From Vulcanimicrobiota bacterium (GTDB lineage: Bacteria; Vulcanimicrobiota; Vulcanimicrobiia; Vulcanimicrobiales; Vulcanimicrobiaceae), in NCBI GenBank assembly GCA_963812155.1, contig CAWETW010000001.1, positions 448,001 through 512,000 of the forward strand: a stretch of DNA of 64,000 bases. Reading direction: 5' to 3'. Numbering within the stretch: the stretch's first letter is position 1; the number at the start of each line of letters is the position of its first letter. The position numbers were made by a program, and so were the translations under genes. A model generated the notes under the pieces. It saw nothing but the letters and a program-made list of their open reading frames with translations, made no database searches and was not told the DNA's origin. Positions 22,539 through 32,744 of the stretch are shown here, piece by piece.

Positions 22539-23293
22539 GCCGTCACGAGATCCGAAGCGCGCACGCGCTCGAAGCCACCCTTCATCTCGGCAATGGCGCG
22601 CATCAGCGCGCGGGCCGAATCCGCAGGATCCCGAAGCTCTGACGGATCGGCGTCGGGCATCGCATCTCGATGCATCGCCGTGTTCATGTCGCCCGGATCG
22701 AATACGAGCACGCGAGTCGAACTATTGCCTTTCACCTCGGCTGCCAGCACGCGTGAAACGTGTTCGAGCGCGGATTTGCTTGCGCCGTATCCACCCCACG
22801 CCGGATAAGCTTCCACGCCGGCGTCCGACGTGATGTTGACGATCGTGCCCGGATCGGATCGCGCCATGAGCGGCAACGCGTGTTGGATCAGATGGATCGG
22901 CGCAAAAACGTTGACGTCGAAAACGGCGCGAAACGTCTCGCGGTCGAGTTGATCGATTCTCGGTAAGGGCGTTTGTCCGAGCGTCGAGGCGTTGTTCACG
23001 AGCAGGTCGAGCCGTCCGGCCTGTTTCGCGGCCGCGACGAGCGCATGAACGTGTGCCGGATCCGCGACGTCGCCGGGGATCGCGGTGAGATTGCCGAGCC
23101 GCCCCTCGTCCTTCGACAAGGTACGGGACACGTCGTTGAGGATGGCACGACGGGTGCGTTCGAGCCGGAGCGGATCGCGGCCGTCGATGATGACCGTGAG
23201 TCCCTTACCGAGCAGCTCCCAAGCGAGCGCCTTGCCTAATCCTCGCGACCCTCCCGTGACGATCGCCACGTGTCCTGATTGAAACCATTCCAT
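22535..23293 (-). CDS. Short-chain dehydrogenase/reductase
   Basis: TGGSRGLG, LVNNAS, YGASK, PGDMNT. Confidence 0.92.
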   Translation of the reverse strand: MEWFQSGHVAIVTGGSRGLGKALAWELLGKGLTVIIDGRDPLRLERTRRAILNDVSRTLSKDEGRLGNLTAIPGDVADPAHVHALVAAAKQAGRLDLLVNNASTLGQTPLPRIDQLDRETFRAVFDVNVFAPIHLIQHALPLMARSDPGTIVNITSDAGVEAYPAWGGYGASKSALEHVSRVLAAEVKGNSSTRVLVFDPGDMNTAMHRDAMPDADPSELRDPADSARALMRAIAEMKGGFERVRASDLVTA

Positions 23294-23303
23294 AACGAGA
23301 ACG

Positions 23304-23334
23304 AGTTTATAACCTCAAGTATAGTTGAGGTCAA
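23304..23334 (-). promoter_or_regulatory. SoxR box within a 19-bp-spacer promoter
   Basis: CCTCAAGTATAGTTGAGG (23313-23330); minus strand TTGACC, 19 bp, TAAACT. Confidence 0.88.
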
Positions 23335-23341
23335 GATTGAA

Positions 23342-23779
23342 ATGGAACTTCTTACCGTCGGCGAGATCGCCACGCGAAGCGACCTCCCCGTCTCGACGAT
23401 TCACTTCTGGGAATCGAAAGGCTTGATCCGCAGCACGCGCAGCAACGGCAATCAACGGCGGTTTGCGCGAGCGGAACTACGGCGCATCGCCGTAATCAAA
23501 ATTGGTCAGCGCGCAGGTATTCCGTTATCCGAAATCCGCGACGTCCTCGACACGTTGCCGGAAGACCGAGCCGTTTCCGCGAGAAACTGGTCGGCGCTAT
23601 CGAATCGTTGGAAGCGCAGCCTCGACGACCGCATCGCGCGCCTCACCGCGCTACGCAATCAGCTCGGGCAGTGCATCGGCTGCGGTTGTCTTTCGCTCGA
23701 CAAATGCTGGCTTCGCAATCCCGATGACAAGCTTGCGGCGCAAGGGCCCGGCCCGCGTCTGCTCGATTTCAGCCGATAA
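23342..23779 (+). CDS. soxR: Redox-sensitive MerR-family activator SoxR
   Basis: LTVGEIA.RS, GNQRRF, CIGCGCLSL..C [2Fe-2S] motif. Confidence 0.95.
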   Translation: MELLTVGEIATRSDLPVSTIHFWESKGLIRSTRSNGNQRRFARAELRRIAVIKIGQRAGIPLSEIRDVLDTLPEDRAVSARNWSALSNRWKRSLDDRIARLTALRNQLGQCIGCGCLSLDKCWLRNPDDKLAAQGPGPRLLDFSR

Positions 23780-23871
23780 GTTGCTCCGACCGAATAGCGG
23801 GCGGCCGAGCGGGAACGGAGTGCGGATCTGGAGTTGCCCAACCGGCGGACGCCGGGGACGACTTGCAATAG

Positions 23872-25233
23872 CTACTCGTAGTCGGGCGGTCGCGGATCGT
23901 CGGGTTGCTGGTAAAGGAAGAAGTTCGGCCCTTTCGGCGCGACGATCGGCACGAACGGGCGCGGCCGCTGCATGAAATCAAAGCAGTCCAACGCCGGCGA
24001 GTTCGACCGCGCGTCGGCGGCGGCGAGCCGTCCCAGCCCGAAGACGTCTTCGGCGAACTTCAATATGCTGCCCGTTTCGTAGTGCACGTGCGAAACGTAG
24101 TCGTGTTTTGCGAACGGCGAGATGACCAGCAGCGGGACGCGGAAACCAAGTCCGTCGTAGTCGAGGTGCTCGGGCGGCTCGTGGTCGTAGAGACCGCCCC
24201 AATCGTCCCACGTGACGAAGATGGCCGTGTTATTCCAAAAGCGGCTTCGCCCGACCGCGTTGACCAGCGAGGTCACCCACGACGGACCGAATCCACCGCC
24301 GCAGTTCACGTGATCGGAGTTGGCGCAGATCGGCGTGATCCACGTGACGTTCGCCAATATTCCTTTGCCGACGTCGCTGATGAACCGCTTCTGCGGTGTA
24401 ATTAAATCCTTCTTCCAATCCGGGCCGTAGCGAATGTGCCGGACGGCCTGGTAGCCCGACCACTCCCCGCCGTCGCGAAAGACCGTGCTCGTATAGAATC
24501 GCCACGAGCGGCGCGCTTGGTCGAGCTCGTCGCCGAGCGTCGTGTAATCGAAGCACGTAGGCTGAGTCTTGCCGTACGTCCGCTGTTGGGTCACGGTCTG
24601 CACGACGTCTTGATCGCCGCCTTCGCAGCCCCAATCGCCGTACGGGAGATCGACGCTGCCATGAGCTTGTGCCGCGATGATGTACTGATGCGAGACGAAA
24701 CTTTCGTCCAAGTGCGACTGATGCATGTGGTCGGCCAGCACCCATTCGTGCGCCATGTCGAAGTACGGTTTCGAATCGGAATGCGGTACGTAGACGTACT
24801 CAGGATTTTTGGGGCCGCCCCAGTTCGAATCGAGATTGAATCCATCCATCCGGCAGCTGGTTCCCGGCAACTTTCCCGTTCCGCGGCACTCTCGAATCAT
24901 AGCGTGCATCGAATGATCGAGCACGTATTGCGTCGCCAAACTCACCGGTTGCAGCCGGATCGTCTCGCCAAAGGAGTTTTTGCCGCTGGAAACGGTATCG
25001 GCGTGCGGGTAGCCCTGGAACAGGTTGTCGAAACTGCGGTTCTCTTGGTAAATGATGACGACGTGAAAGATCTTGCCGGCGCCGCTCCCGGAATCGGGCA
25101 AAAGACCGCCGCTGCCCGCGGCCGGCACGAATGCGCCTTCGCCCGCCGATTGACGCGACGCACTCGAGCACGCCGCGAACGCAACCGCCGCAATGGCGGC
25201 CGCTACGGCAATGGCCGCACGCCCAATGTTCAC
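23872..25233 (-). CDS. Second phospholipase C/phosphoesterase-family lipoprotein
   Basis: HVVIIYQENRSFDN, WDDWGGLYDH, LGFRVPLLVISPFAK; paralogue of 19891-21300. Confidence 0.88.
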   Translation of the reverse strand: MNIGRAAIAVAAAIAAVAFAACSSASRQSAGEGAFVPAAGSGGLLPDSGSGAGKIFHVVIIYQENRSFDNLFQGYPHADTVSSGKNSFGETIRLQPVSLATQYVLDHSMHAMIRECRGTGKLPGTSCRMDGFNLDSNWGGPKNPEYVYVPHSDSKPYFDMAHEWVLADHMHQSHLDESFVSHQYIIAAQAHGSVDLPYGDWGCEGGDQDVVQTVTQQRTYGKTQPTCFDYTTLGDELDQARRSWRFYTSTVFRDGGEWSGYQAVRHIRYGPDWKKDLITPQKRFISDVGKGILANVTWITPICANSDHVNCGGGFGPSWVTSLVNAVGRSRFWNNTAIFVTWDDWGGLYDHEPPEHLDYDGLGFRVPLLVISPFAKHDYVSHVHYETGSILKFAEDVFGLGRLAAADARSNSPALDCFDFMQRPRPFVPIVAPKGPNFFLYQQPDDPRPPDYE

Positions 25234-25297
25234 GTAGCGAGCATGCTACCCGCCGTGCGGCGCGGAATCCTCGCTCCGTGATGCGAAAGACGGACGA

Positions 25298-27964
25298 ATG
25301 CTCTCCACCGCAGCGCTAGCAGGCGATGGGTTCGTCGGCCGTCACGACGAGCTGGCATTTTTGCGCGAATCGTTTGTGCGCGCGCGCGATTCCGGCGCGC
25401 GTTTCGTTCCCGTTGAAGGCGACGCCGGCATCGGCAAATCGAGCCTGATTGCGGAGTTTGCCGCGTCGGTTTCCAGCGAAGCGCTGGTCGCGCGCGGCGA
25501 CTGCAGCGAGCACGTGCGCGATCCTTACGGACCGTTCTGGCCGATTTTCGACCGCATCGGAACGCGCGGGCTGCACCGGCCCTACCGCGCACGCGGACAA
25601 CGTCCCAACGCTGCCGAGAAGGCCGCCTTCTTCGACGCCGCGCTGCGCGCGCTGGAACGTTCGGCGTTGCGCAAGCCGCTGGTTGCCGTCATCGAAGATT
25701 TGCAGTGGGCCGATTCGGCGACGCTCGAACTGCTCAAGCACCTCATGGCGCATCTTTCCGGCGCGCGCGTCATGTTGGTCGCGGCATTGCGCGTCGACGA
25801 CGCCGTCAATCCGCCGTTGGCCGCGTTTCGCCATTTCGTCGCGCGCCGTCGCGTCGACGGCATTCGCCTGCGCGGATTGCATCGCAACGAAATCCGGGCG
25901 ATCGTTGCACGCCATGCGACCGGCATCGCGATTGCGCCGGCCACGCTGTCGCGTATCGAAGTGCTCTCCGAAGGCAACCCGCTTTTCGCCGAGGAGCTGG
26001 CGCGCATCGCGGCCGAGACCGGCGGCGTGAACTTGGCGACGCACGCGCCCTTATCGCTGCAAGCCACGCTCGGCGAGCGCACGATCCGGCTCGACGCGCA
26101 CGAACACGCCGTGCTGGTGCGCGCCGCCATTCTCGGCCAGCGCTTCGATGCGGCCTTTCTCGGAAGTATTCTCGACGAGCCGGCGCACAGCGTCCTGCGC
26201 GCCGTGCAGCGCGCCGTGGAAGCGGGCATTCTCGTCGAAGTGCCGCCGAGCCCGTACGCGTTTGCGTTCCGGCATGCGATGTTTCGCCAGGCCTTTGCCG
26301 ACCAGATGATCGTCGGGCTCGCGGCGCCGCTGCACGCTCGCATCGCGCGCGAGCTCGAGACGGCCGACGATTGCGAGACGCACGTCGCCGAACTCGCCTA
26401 TCATTGGTCGGAAGCGCGCGACGCGGCACGCGCCCGGCACTATAACGAACGTGCCGCGGAGTCGGCGTGGAGCCTTTACGCCTACCGCGACGCGATCGGG
26501 TTTTACGGCACCGCATTGCGATGGGAGTACCCGCCGGGTGCGGCGCGCGCGGCGCTCTACGAACGCATGGGCACGCTGCTTTCGATCGAAGGGTGCGGCG
26601 AAGAGCCGACCGAGTGGTTCGAAAAGAGCCGCGCCGAGTACGCGCGCATCGGCGACGTCGAAGGCGCCTCGCGCGCGCTGCTGCGCCTGGCGGACCAGTA
26701 TTGGGTGGATGCACGGACCTCCGAAAGTTACACCGCCGCAGCCCAAGCGGCAACGGCGGCAGGCGCGCTGGCCAAGCCCGCGATTCGCGCCGAAGCCGAA
26801 CTGACGCTCGCGCGGTATGCGATTACGCTCGGCGATCCGGCGCTGGCGCAACGTCACTTGGACGCCGCCGGGGCGTTGCGCGCGCACTTCAACCCGGAGC
26901 TACGCGCCTGTTTTCACGAGGTCCGGGCCGAAACGCGCACCGCGCTCGGACTCACACAGGCCGCGTTGCGCGACTGCCGCCGCGCATCGGCGATCGCGCA
27001 CGAAACCCAGTCCGGCGAACTCATCGCCCAAATCGAGAATAACTACGCGCTCGTCGCGTTCGATCTCAGCGAGCTCGACCTGGCGATCGAGCGCCATGGA
27101 ATCGCCCTCGCGGAGGCGCGGCGCACGTCCATGAACTGGCGCGTGGCGTACTCGGCACTCAACTTTGCCAACACGCTCACCTTCACCGGCGAACTCGAAC
27201 GAGCGCGCGCGCTGGTGCGCGAAGCGCTCGAGAGCGGCGTCACGACGGCGACGTTTAAAACGAAAGCAGCCGCCGTGGGAGTCCCGCTGGCGCTGCGGCT
27301 CGACGACCGCCATCTGCTCGAGGCCTGCGCCGACGACGATGCCCTCGCGCTCGCCACGCGCTCGGCAGAGCCGCAACGCATCGCATCGGTATCGGCGGCC
27401 TTCGCCGAGCTCCGCCGCGCGCAACGAGCCCCCGAAGCAGCGCGTGCCCTGCTCGGCGAGGCGCTCGCGGCACTCCGGCAGCCGCACCGGTGCACGAGTT
27501 TGGCGCTACAGGCCGGCGCCTGCCATGACGACAGCATGCAAACCGCAGCGCAACGCCTCCTCGCGGGCGCCCCGCTGCGCCCGCGGATCCGGCGGGCCTG
27601 CCGGCTCCTTATCGCGCTCGCGCAGGCCGGCGGGAGCGGCGATCGGAGGCGACGCGTCGGCGCGGCTGCTGCGACCGCGTGCGCACACGCCGGCTGGCGC
27701 CTCCATCAAGCGCGTGCGCTGGAAGCAGCGCGTTCGACCGGCGGCACTCCCGCCCCTGAGACCGCCGGCGCCCTCGCGTTGAGCCCGCGCCAAACCGAAG
27801 TGGCGCGTCTGGTCGCCGATGGCGCGACCAATCGCGCGATCGCCGAACGCCTTCACATCAGCGAGCACACCGTCGAGCACCACCTATCGACGATCTTCAC
27901 TCGTCTCGGTTTGCATTCGCGATCGGCTCTCGCGGCTCACGTGGAGCGTTCGCTCACCGCATAG
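25298..27964 (+). CDS. Large ATP-binding LuxR-family (LAL) regulator
   Basis: FVGR..EL, GDAGIGKS, IEDLQWAD, GNPLF, TPR-like middle, C-terminal LuxR HTH. Confidence 0.9.
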   Translation: MLSTAALAGDGFVGRHDELAFLRESFVRARDSGARFVPVEGDAGIGKSSLIAEFAASVSSEALVARGDCSEHVRDPYGPFWPIFDRIGTRGLHRPYRARGQRPNAAEKAAFFDAALRALERSALRKPLVAVIEDLQWADSATLELLKHLMAHLSGARVMLVAALRVDDAVNPPLAAFRHFVARRRVDGIRLRGLHRNEIRAIVARHATGIAIAPATLSRIEVLSEGNPLFAEELARIAAETGGVNLATHAPLSLQATLGERTIRLDAHEHAVLVRAAILGQRFDAAFLGSILDEPAHSVLRAVQRAVEAGILVEVPPSPYAFAFRHAMFRQAFADQMIVGLAAPLHARIARELETADDCETHVAELAYHWSEARDAARARHYNERAAESAWSLYAYRDAIGFYGTALRWEYPPGAARAALYERMGTLLSIEGCGEEPTEWFEKSRAEYARIGDVEGASRALLRLADQYWVDARTSESYTAAAQAATAAGALAKPAIRAEAELTLARYAITLGDPALAQRHLDAAGALRAHFNPELRACFHEVRAETRTALGLTQAALRDCRRASAIAHETQSGELIAQIENNYALVAFDLSELDLAIERHGIALAEARRTSMNWRVAYSALNFANTLTFTGELERARALVREALESGVTTATFKTKAAAVGVPLALRLDDRHLLEACADDDALALATRSAEPQRIASVSAAFAELRRAQRAPEAARALLGEALAALRQPHRCTSLALQAGACHDDSMQTAAQRLLAGAPLRPRIRRACRLLIALAQAGGSGDRRRRVGAAAATACAHAGWRLHQARALEAARSTGGTPAPETAGALALSPRQTEVARLVADGATNRAIAERLHISEHTVEHHLSTIFTRLGLHSRSALAAHVERSLTA

Positions 27965-28000
27965 CGGGAATCCAGGATACCGGTGTTTCGGGGTCCTCCG

Positions 28001-28006
28001 TATAAT
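28001..28006 (+). promoter_or_regulatory. Consensus -10 upstream of the TonB-receptor operon, no clear -35
   Basis: TATAAT 35 bp before the ATG; GGAGG SD. Confidence 0.45.
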
Positions 28007-28041
28007 CCGACGTAAGGGATCTTTACTCGGAGGAACGCAGG

Positions 28042-31000
28042 ATGATTGGAGCTCGTCCGTTACGCCGCTGGTTCGCCGTTGCAACCATCGCATCGCTCGC
28101 CGTCATTGCCCGGCCCACGCTGGCCGGAACGACCGGCAGCCTCGCGGGCACGGTGGTTGAAACCCCAAGCGGGACGCCCATTGCGAACGCGACCGTGACC
28201 GCCAGCAGCCCGTCGCAGGTTGCCTCGACGCACACCGACGCTCGCGGCGCATTCGTATTGCTCTCGCTCGCGCCCGACACGTACACGATCTCGATCGTGC
28301 GCACGGGTTACGAACCGTTGGCGTCGAGCGGCGTGACCATCTTCGCCGACCAATCGCAGAACTTGACGTTCCGGCTGCAAAAGAGCCTCAAAACGATCGC
28401 GCAAGTGCAATCGCGCTCTTCCCTCAACGAAGTTCGGCCCGGCACGATGACCGACGTTTACTCGGTCAATCCCGCCGTGACGAAGGCCGCGGCGCCGATC
28501 GGCGGAGGGGGCGGCTTGAACAACGTCTATTCCGCAATCGCCGCGATGCCGGGCGCCTACGTTCCCAACGGGCAGATGGGCGTCAATCAAACCGTCTACA
28601 TCCGCGGTGGGTACTACGATCAAATCGGCTACGAGTACGACGGCGTGCCGGTGAACCGCTCGTTCGACAACTATCCGGCGCACTCGGCGTCGACGCTCGG
28701 TCAGCAGGAGCTGCAAATTTACGCCGGCGGCGGCGGCGCGAACGCCAACGCGACCGGCCTCGCCGGCTTCATCAATCAAGTCGTCAAGACCGGCACGTAT
28801 CCCGGATACGCAAGCCTCTCCGGCATGATCGGCACGCCGACGTTCTATCACGACGTTTCCGTCGAGGCCGGCGGTGCCACACCCGACCGGCTGTTCTCCT
28901 ACTACGTCGGCACCAGCGGCTACAATCAGGACTTCCGCTACCTCGATCAATCCAACGGCGGCGATCTCATGAACGTCTTTCCGTACGGCGCCGGGCCGAG
29001 CAACCTGACGACGCTTCTCTCCTTCTATCCGGCCGTCTATCCCACGTGCACCGCCGGTGCGACGTACACAAATCCGGCGACGAAGTTTCTCAGCAACGAT
29101 CCCGGCTGTTTCTCGGCGTTCTTTCCGGCCTACAGCGAAGTTTCGTATATCGCCGGCCGCGAGGTCGTAGCCAACTTCCATTTCGGCGTGCCGCACAAGA
29201 GCGACGGCGGCAAGGATGACGTCCAGCTGCTCTACACGTCGTCGGCGCAGTACCGCCAGTTTTACAGCGGCGTCGACGACGGCGGTCAAGGGTTTACGCA
29301 AAGCCTCTACACGCAAGACTGGGTCAGCAAGCCCGCGCGCTGGCCCGATTTCTACACCTTCCCCGGCAACACGCAGTTCTTGCAAACGGCAAAAACCTCT
29401 CCGATCGCGTATCTCTTTCCCGGATCGCCAACCGATCGCTGTGCCAACGTTTTCGGCGTACCCAACTCTTGCCCCAGCGGCACGTTCGCCGACCTTCCAA
29501 ACGACTATCGCGACGCCCGCTGGGATACGGCCAGCATCGTGAAGCTGCAGTACCAGAAGAACTTCGGCAGCAACGCGTATCTGCGGCTCTTCGGGTACAC
29601 CTTCTACTCGAACACCAACCGCAGCGGCGCCGCGCGGCGCGGCATCGGCAGCGGCTACGGCGCGACCAACTACGACTACGAAGTCGACGGTCACACCCGC
29701 GGCCTGCAAATGGATTTCGGCGATCAAATCAACGCGCAAAACTTGCTCAGCGCGAACGTCAACTACATCACTTCGACGACGCTGCGCGTCAACAACTTCA
29801 ACTATTTGAACACGTCGGGCCAGCAGGTGAGCAATCTCACCAACGGGAGCGACTGCTACGCGTATCGCGGCGGAAACATCGGTAACGAATCGTTCCACGC
29901 CGGCGACCGCGCGCCGTGCAATCTCTTCATCAGCCAGGGTTCGTTCGGGAGTCCGTTCAGCCCGCGCTTCTTTGGTCCCAATCCGTGCGGGACCGGCGCG
30001 TTGCCGGCAGGTTCCGCGGCGTGCCAGGCCGGCGCCACGTTCCGGCTGACGTTCTTGGGCAATCAAGCGCTGATCAACGGCGTGACCCCGGCCTTCACCA
30101 ACATCTCGCTGGGCGACGAATGGCGCCCCAACGACAAGATCGACGTGAGCATCGCCGTGAAATATGCCGACGACCAATTCCAACTCGATGACACCAACAC
30201 GGCCGCTAAGAACTTCTGGTTTGCCGCCGCGCAGCAAGAGTTCTGTTACAATCCGGTGACGTTCGAGCCGGTGCTGCTGCCGACGCGGCCGCAGAACGCC
30301 TCGGTGATCGAACCCTACGTCAGCTTCAACTGCCCGATCGATAACTCGAGCGGCAAGCCGGTGCAGACCGTGCATCCCGACGGCAAAAACGGCCATCTGC
30401 TGCTCTCCAACAACTATCCCTCGAAGTACACGCAGACGTACTGGCAGCCGCGCCTCGGATTCACCTACACGGTGAACCCCGACACCGTGCTGCGAGCGTC
30501 GGCCGGCGTCTACGCGCAAGAACCTCAGAACTACGAGATTCAGTACAACACGGCGGAACCGAATCTCGCCGAACAGATTCTGGGCTTCCTGCCCTTCGGG
30601 TTCACGACGCCGTTCCACAACTCGCAGGCGCAGTTCTCCGACAACTACGACGTGTCGTACGAGCGCCATTTTAAAGGCACCGACATGTCTATGAAGGTGA
30701 CGCCCTACTATCGCTATGCGACCCAGCAGCTCGACGAGGCCGTCTTCATTCCTACGCTGCTCGCATCGCCCGCACTCAACGCCGGCACGGAGTCGAGTTA
30801 CGGCGTCGAACTGCAGTTCACCAAGGGCGACTTCAACCGCAACGGCCTTTCCGGCATCTTCTCCTACACGTATCTCAACTCGACGGAGAAGTGGAACAAC
30901 TTTCAGGGCGTCGGCGTCAACGCGGTGAGTCCGTACAATCAGTATATCCAAGAGTACAACGCATTGACCAAGGCGGGTGGCGGCGCGCCCTGTTACTCCG

Positions 31001-31752
31001 ACCGGGCCAACACGCGTCCGCGTCCTGGCTGCGGCAAGAATGCGATCCTCAATCCGTATTACAACGCACCGCTGCAGCCGCTGCTCGACCCGAACGCGTG
31101 GTACGTGACGGGCCTCGATTTTCCGTACACGTCGCCCAACGTGTTCGCGCTGGTGCTCAACTACAAACACGACCGGTTTTCGATTACGCCGGCGCTGACG
31201 CTCAATGAGGGCGCCGCGTACGGGAACCCCTCCGACTTCCAAGGCCTCGACCCGCGCGTCTGCACGGCCAATCAGGGAAGCGTCGGTATCGCCAACTCGA
31301 ACCCGCACACGGCCGACTACACCTCGTGCACGCTGGCGGCAACGCCTAGCGGTTCGCTCTACATTCCCAATCCCGAGACGGGGAAGTTCGATACGTTCGG
31401 CCAGTTCACGCAGCCGTGGCAGTTCAACATGGGCTTGCAGATGCACTACGACATCAGCCCGCAGGTGTCGGCGAACCTCACGGTCGCAAATCTCGTCAAC
31501 GCGTGCTTCGGCGGTTCGAACACGGCGTGGAGCCGGCAGTTCCCGCCCAGCAACACGGTCTGCGGCTACTCGCCGAACCTCTTCTACATCAGCAACTTCT
31601 ACAACGGGACGGGTCCGAATGACGTCAAGGCGAACGGCGTACCGCTCAATCCGTTCTTCCAAAACGGTTTTAGCCCGTCGTACGGCGACGTGAACTCGTT
31701 CAACTATCCGCTGCCGATCAATTTCTACATTCAACTGCAGGTCAAGCTGTGA
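28042..31752 (+). CDS. TonB-dependent receptor-like outer-membrane protein with N-terminal carboxypeptidase-regulatory-like domain
   Basis: Signal peptide, G.L.G.V...L.PDTY, plug (IRGG...YDGVPVN), PRLG..Y, terminal beta-strand. Confidence 0.85.
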   Translation: MIGARPLRRWFAVATIASLAVIARPTLAGTTGSLAGTVVETPSGTPIANATVTASSPSQVASTHTDARGAFVLLSLAPDTYTISIVRTGYEPLASSGVTIFADQSQNLTFRLQKSLKTIAQVQSRSSLNEVRPGTMTDVYSVNPAVTKAAAPIGGGGGLNNVYSAIAAMPGAYVPNGQMGVNQTVYIRGGYYDQIGYEYDGVPVNRSFDNYPAHSASTLGQQELQIYAGGGGANANATGLAGFINQVVKTGTYPGYASLSGMIGTPTFYHDVSVEAGGATPDRLFSYYVGTSGYNQDFRYLDQSNGGDLMNVFPYGAGPSNLTTLLSFYPAVYPTCTAGATYTNPATKFLSNDPGCFSAFFPAYSEVSYIAGREVVANFHFGVPHKSDGGKDDVQLLYTSSAQYRQFYSGVDDGGQGFTQSLYTQDWVSKPARWPDFYTFPGNTQFLQTAKTSPIAYLFPGSPTDRCANVFGVPNSCPSGTFADLPNDYRDARWDTASIVKLQYQKNFGSNAYLRLFGYTFYSNTNRSGAARRGIGSGYGATNYDYEVDGHTRGLQMDFGDQINAQNLLSANVNYITSTTLRVNNFNYLNTSGQQVSNLTNGSDCYAYRGGNIGNESFHAGDRAPCNLFISQGSFGSPFSPRFFGPNPCGTGALPAGSAACQAGATFRLTFLGNQALINGVTPAFTNISLGDEWRPNDKIDVSIAVKYADDQFQLDDTNTAAKNFWFAAAQQEFCYNPVTFEPVLLPTRPQNASVIEPYVSFNCPIDNSSGKPVQTVHPDGKNGHLLLSNNYPSKYTQTYWQPRLGFTYTVNPDTVLRASAGVYAQEPQNYEIQYNTAEPNLAEQILGFLPFGFTTPFHNSQAQFSDNYDVSYERHFKGTDMSMKVTPYYRYATQQLDEAVFIPTLLASPALNAGTESSYGVELQFTKGDFNRNGLSGIFSYTYLNSTEKWNNFQGVGVNAVSPYNQYIQEYNALTKAGGGAPCYSDRANTRPRPGCGKNAILNPYYNAPLQPLLDPNAWYVTGLDFPYTSPNVFALVLNYKHDRFSITPALTLNEGAAYGNPSDFQGLDPRVCTANQGSVGIANSNPHTADYTSCTLAATPSGSLYIPNPETGKFDTFGQFTQPWQFNMGLQMHYDISPQVSANLTVANLVNACFGGSNTAWSRQFPPSNTVCGYSPNLFYISNFYNGTGPNDVKANGVPLNPFFQNGFSPSYGDVNSFNYPLPINFYIQLQVKL

Positions 31753-32744
31753 TCGCGACGGCGCTCGCGCTCGCATGCACCATTACCGTCTTTCCGCCGT
31801 TTGGCACGTACGCGGCGAGCGGACGCCTTCACGGCCCCGGATTGATCCTGGCCGGCGGCGGCGAAGAGGAGGCACCGGCAGCAGCGTTCGCCTGGGTGCA
31901 TCGCCGCCTCGGCGGCGGCTCGCGGCCGTTCGGCAATCTCGTCGTGCTGCGCGCATCCGGATCCGATCTCTACGACAAGGGCATCTTGCGCGAAGGCAAC
32001 TTCACGTCGGTGCAAACCGTGTTCATTCCGCCGTGCGCGTCGCGCGCCGAGGTCGACCGCGTTGCGCACGTCGTCGACGGCGCCGACGCGGTGTTCTTTG
32101 CCGGCGGAGACCAATCGCGTTACGTCGCCTGGAAAGGCAGCGCGCTCATCGCCGCCGTGAAACGCGTGTACGGGCGCGGCGGGATCGTCGGGGGCGGAAG
32201 TGCCGGCCTCGCGATCCAAGGCGCCGTCATCTACGATGCGGTTGCGGCCGACCACTACGACGCAGACACGCACACGGGCGATGCGGTGGCGACGCCGCTC
32301 GAGGAACGCATCAGCTTCACGACCGGTTTCTTCGCATGGCCGTCGCTCGAGCGCACGATCACCGATACGCACCTCGTCGTGCGCGATCGTTTCGGACGCA
32401 TGGTCGTGTTTCTCGCGCGTATTCTCGCCGGCGGCTTGCTGCCGCCCGGAGGCGCCGTCTACGGACTCGGCATCGATCAAGCCAGCGCGGTCGTCGTCGA
32501 TCCCGACGGCACGGCCACGGTATACAACGCGGCCGGCGGCCGGGGCGCGTATCTGGCCCGCGCGACCGCGCGTCCGCATTTCGAACAAGGTCAGCCGGTG
32601 CGCTACACCGTGGACGTCTCACACGTCGCACGCAACGGCGAACGCTTCAATCTCCTGACGAAATCCACGCAGTCGCCGTGGTACGCAGTGACCGTCGACG
32701 GTTCTAAGGCACCAATTTACAGCCGCGATCCGTACGGACGATGA
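31749..32744 (+). CDS. Secreted cyanophycinase-like S51 peptidase
   Basis: L.GGG, FFAGGDQ, GGSAG nucleophile, DTH...R.R.GR, GIDQ. Confidence 0.85.
   Translation: MIATALALACTITVFPPFGTYAASGRLHGPGLILAGGGEEEAPAAAFAWVHRRLGGGSRPFGNLVVLRASGSDLYDKGILREGNFTSVQTVFIPPCASRAEVDRVAHVVDGADAVFFAGGDQSRYVAWKGSALIAAVKRVYGRGGIVGGGSAGLAIQGAVIYDAVAADHYDADTHTGDAVATPLEERISFTTGFFAWPSLERTITDTHLVVRDRFGRMVVFLARILAGGLLPPGGAVYGLGIDQASAVVVDPDGTATVYNAAGGRGAYLARATARPHFEQGQPVRYTVDVSHVARNGERFNLLTKSTQSPWYAVTVDGSKAPIYSRDPYGR

Noticed and set aside
28060..31776. 1238-aa antisense ORF spanning the TonB receptor (also 19909-21288 + and most of 34915-36348 +)
   Set aside because: Codon-aligned shadow of high-GC genes; V/R/E-rich with no motifs
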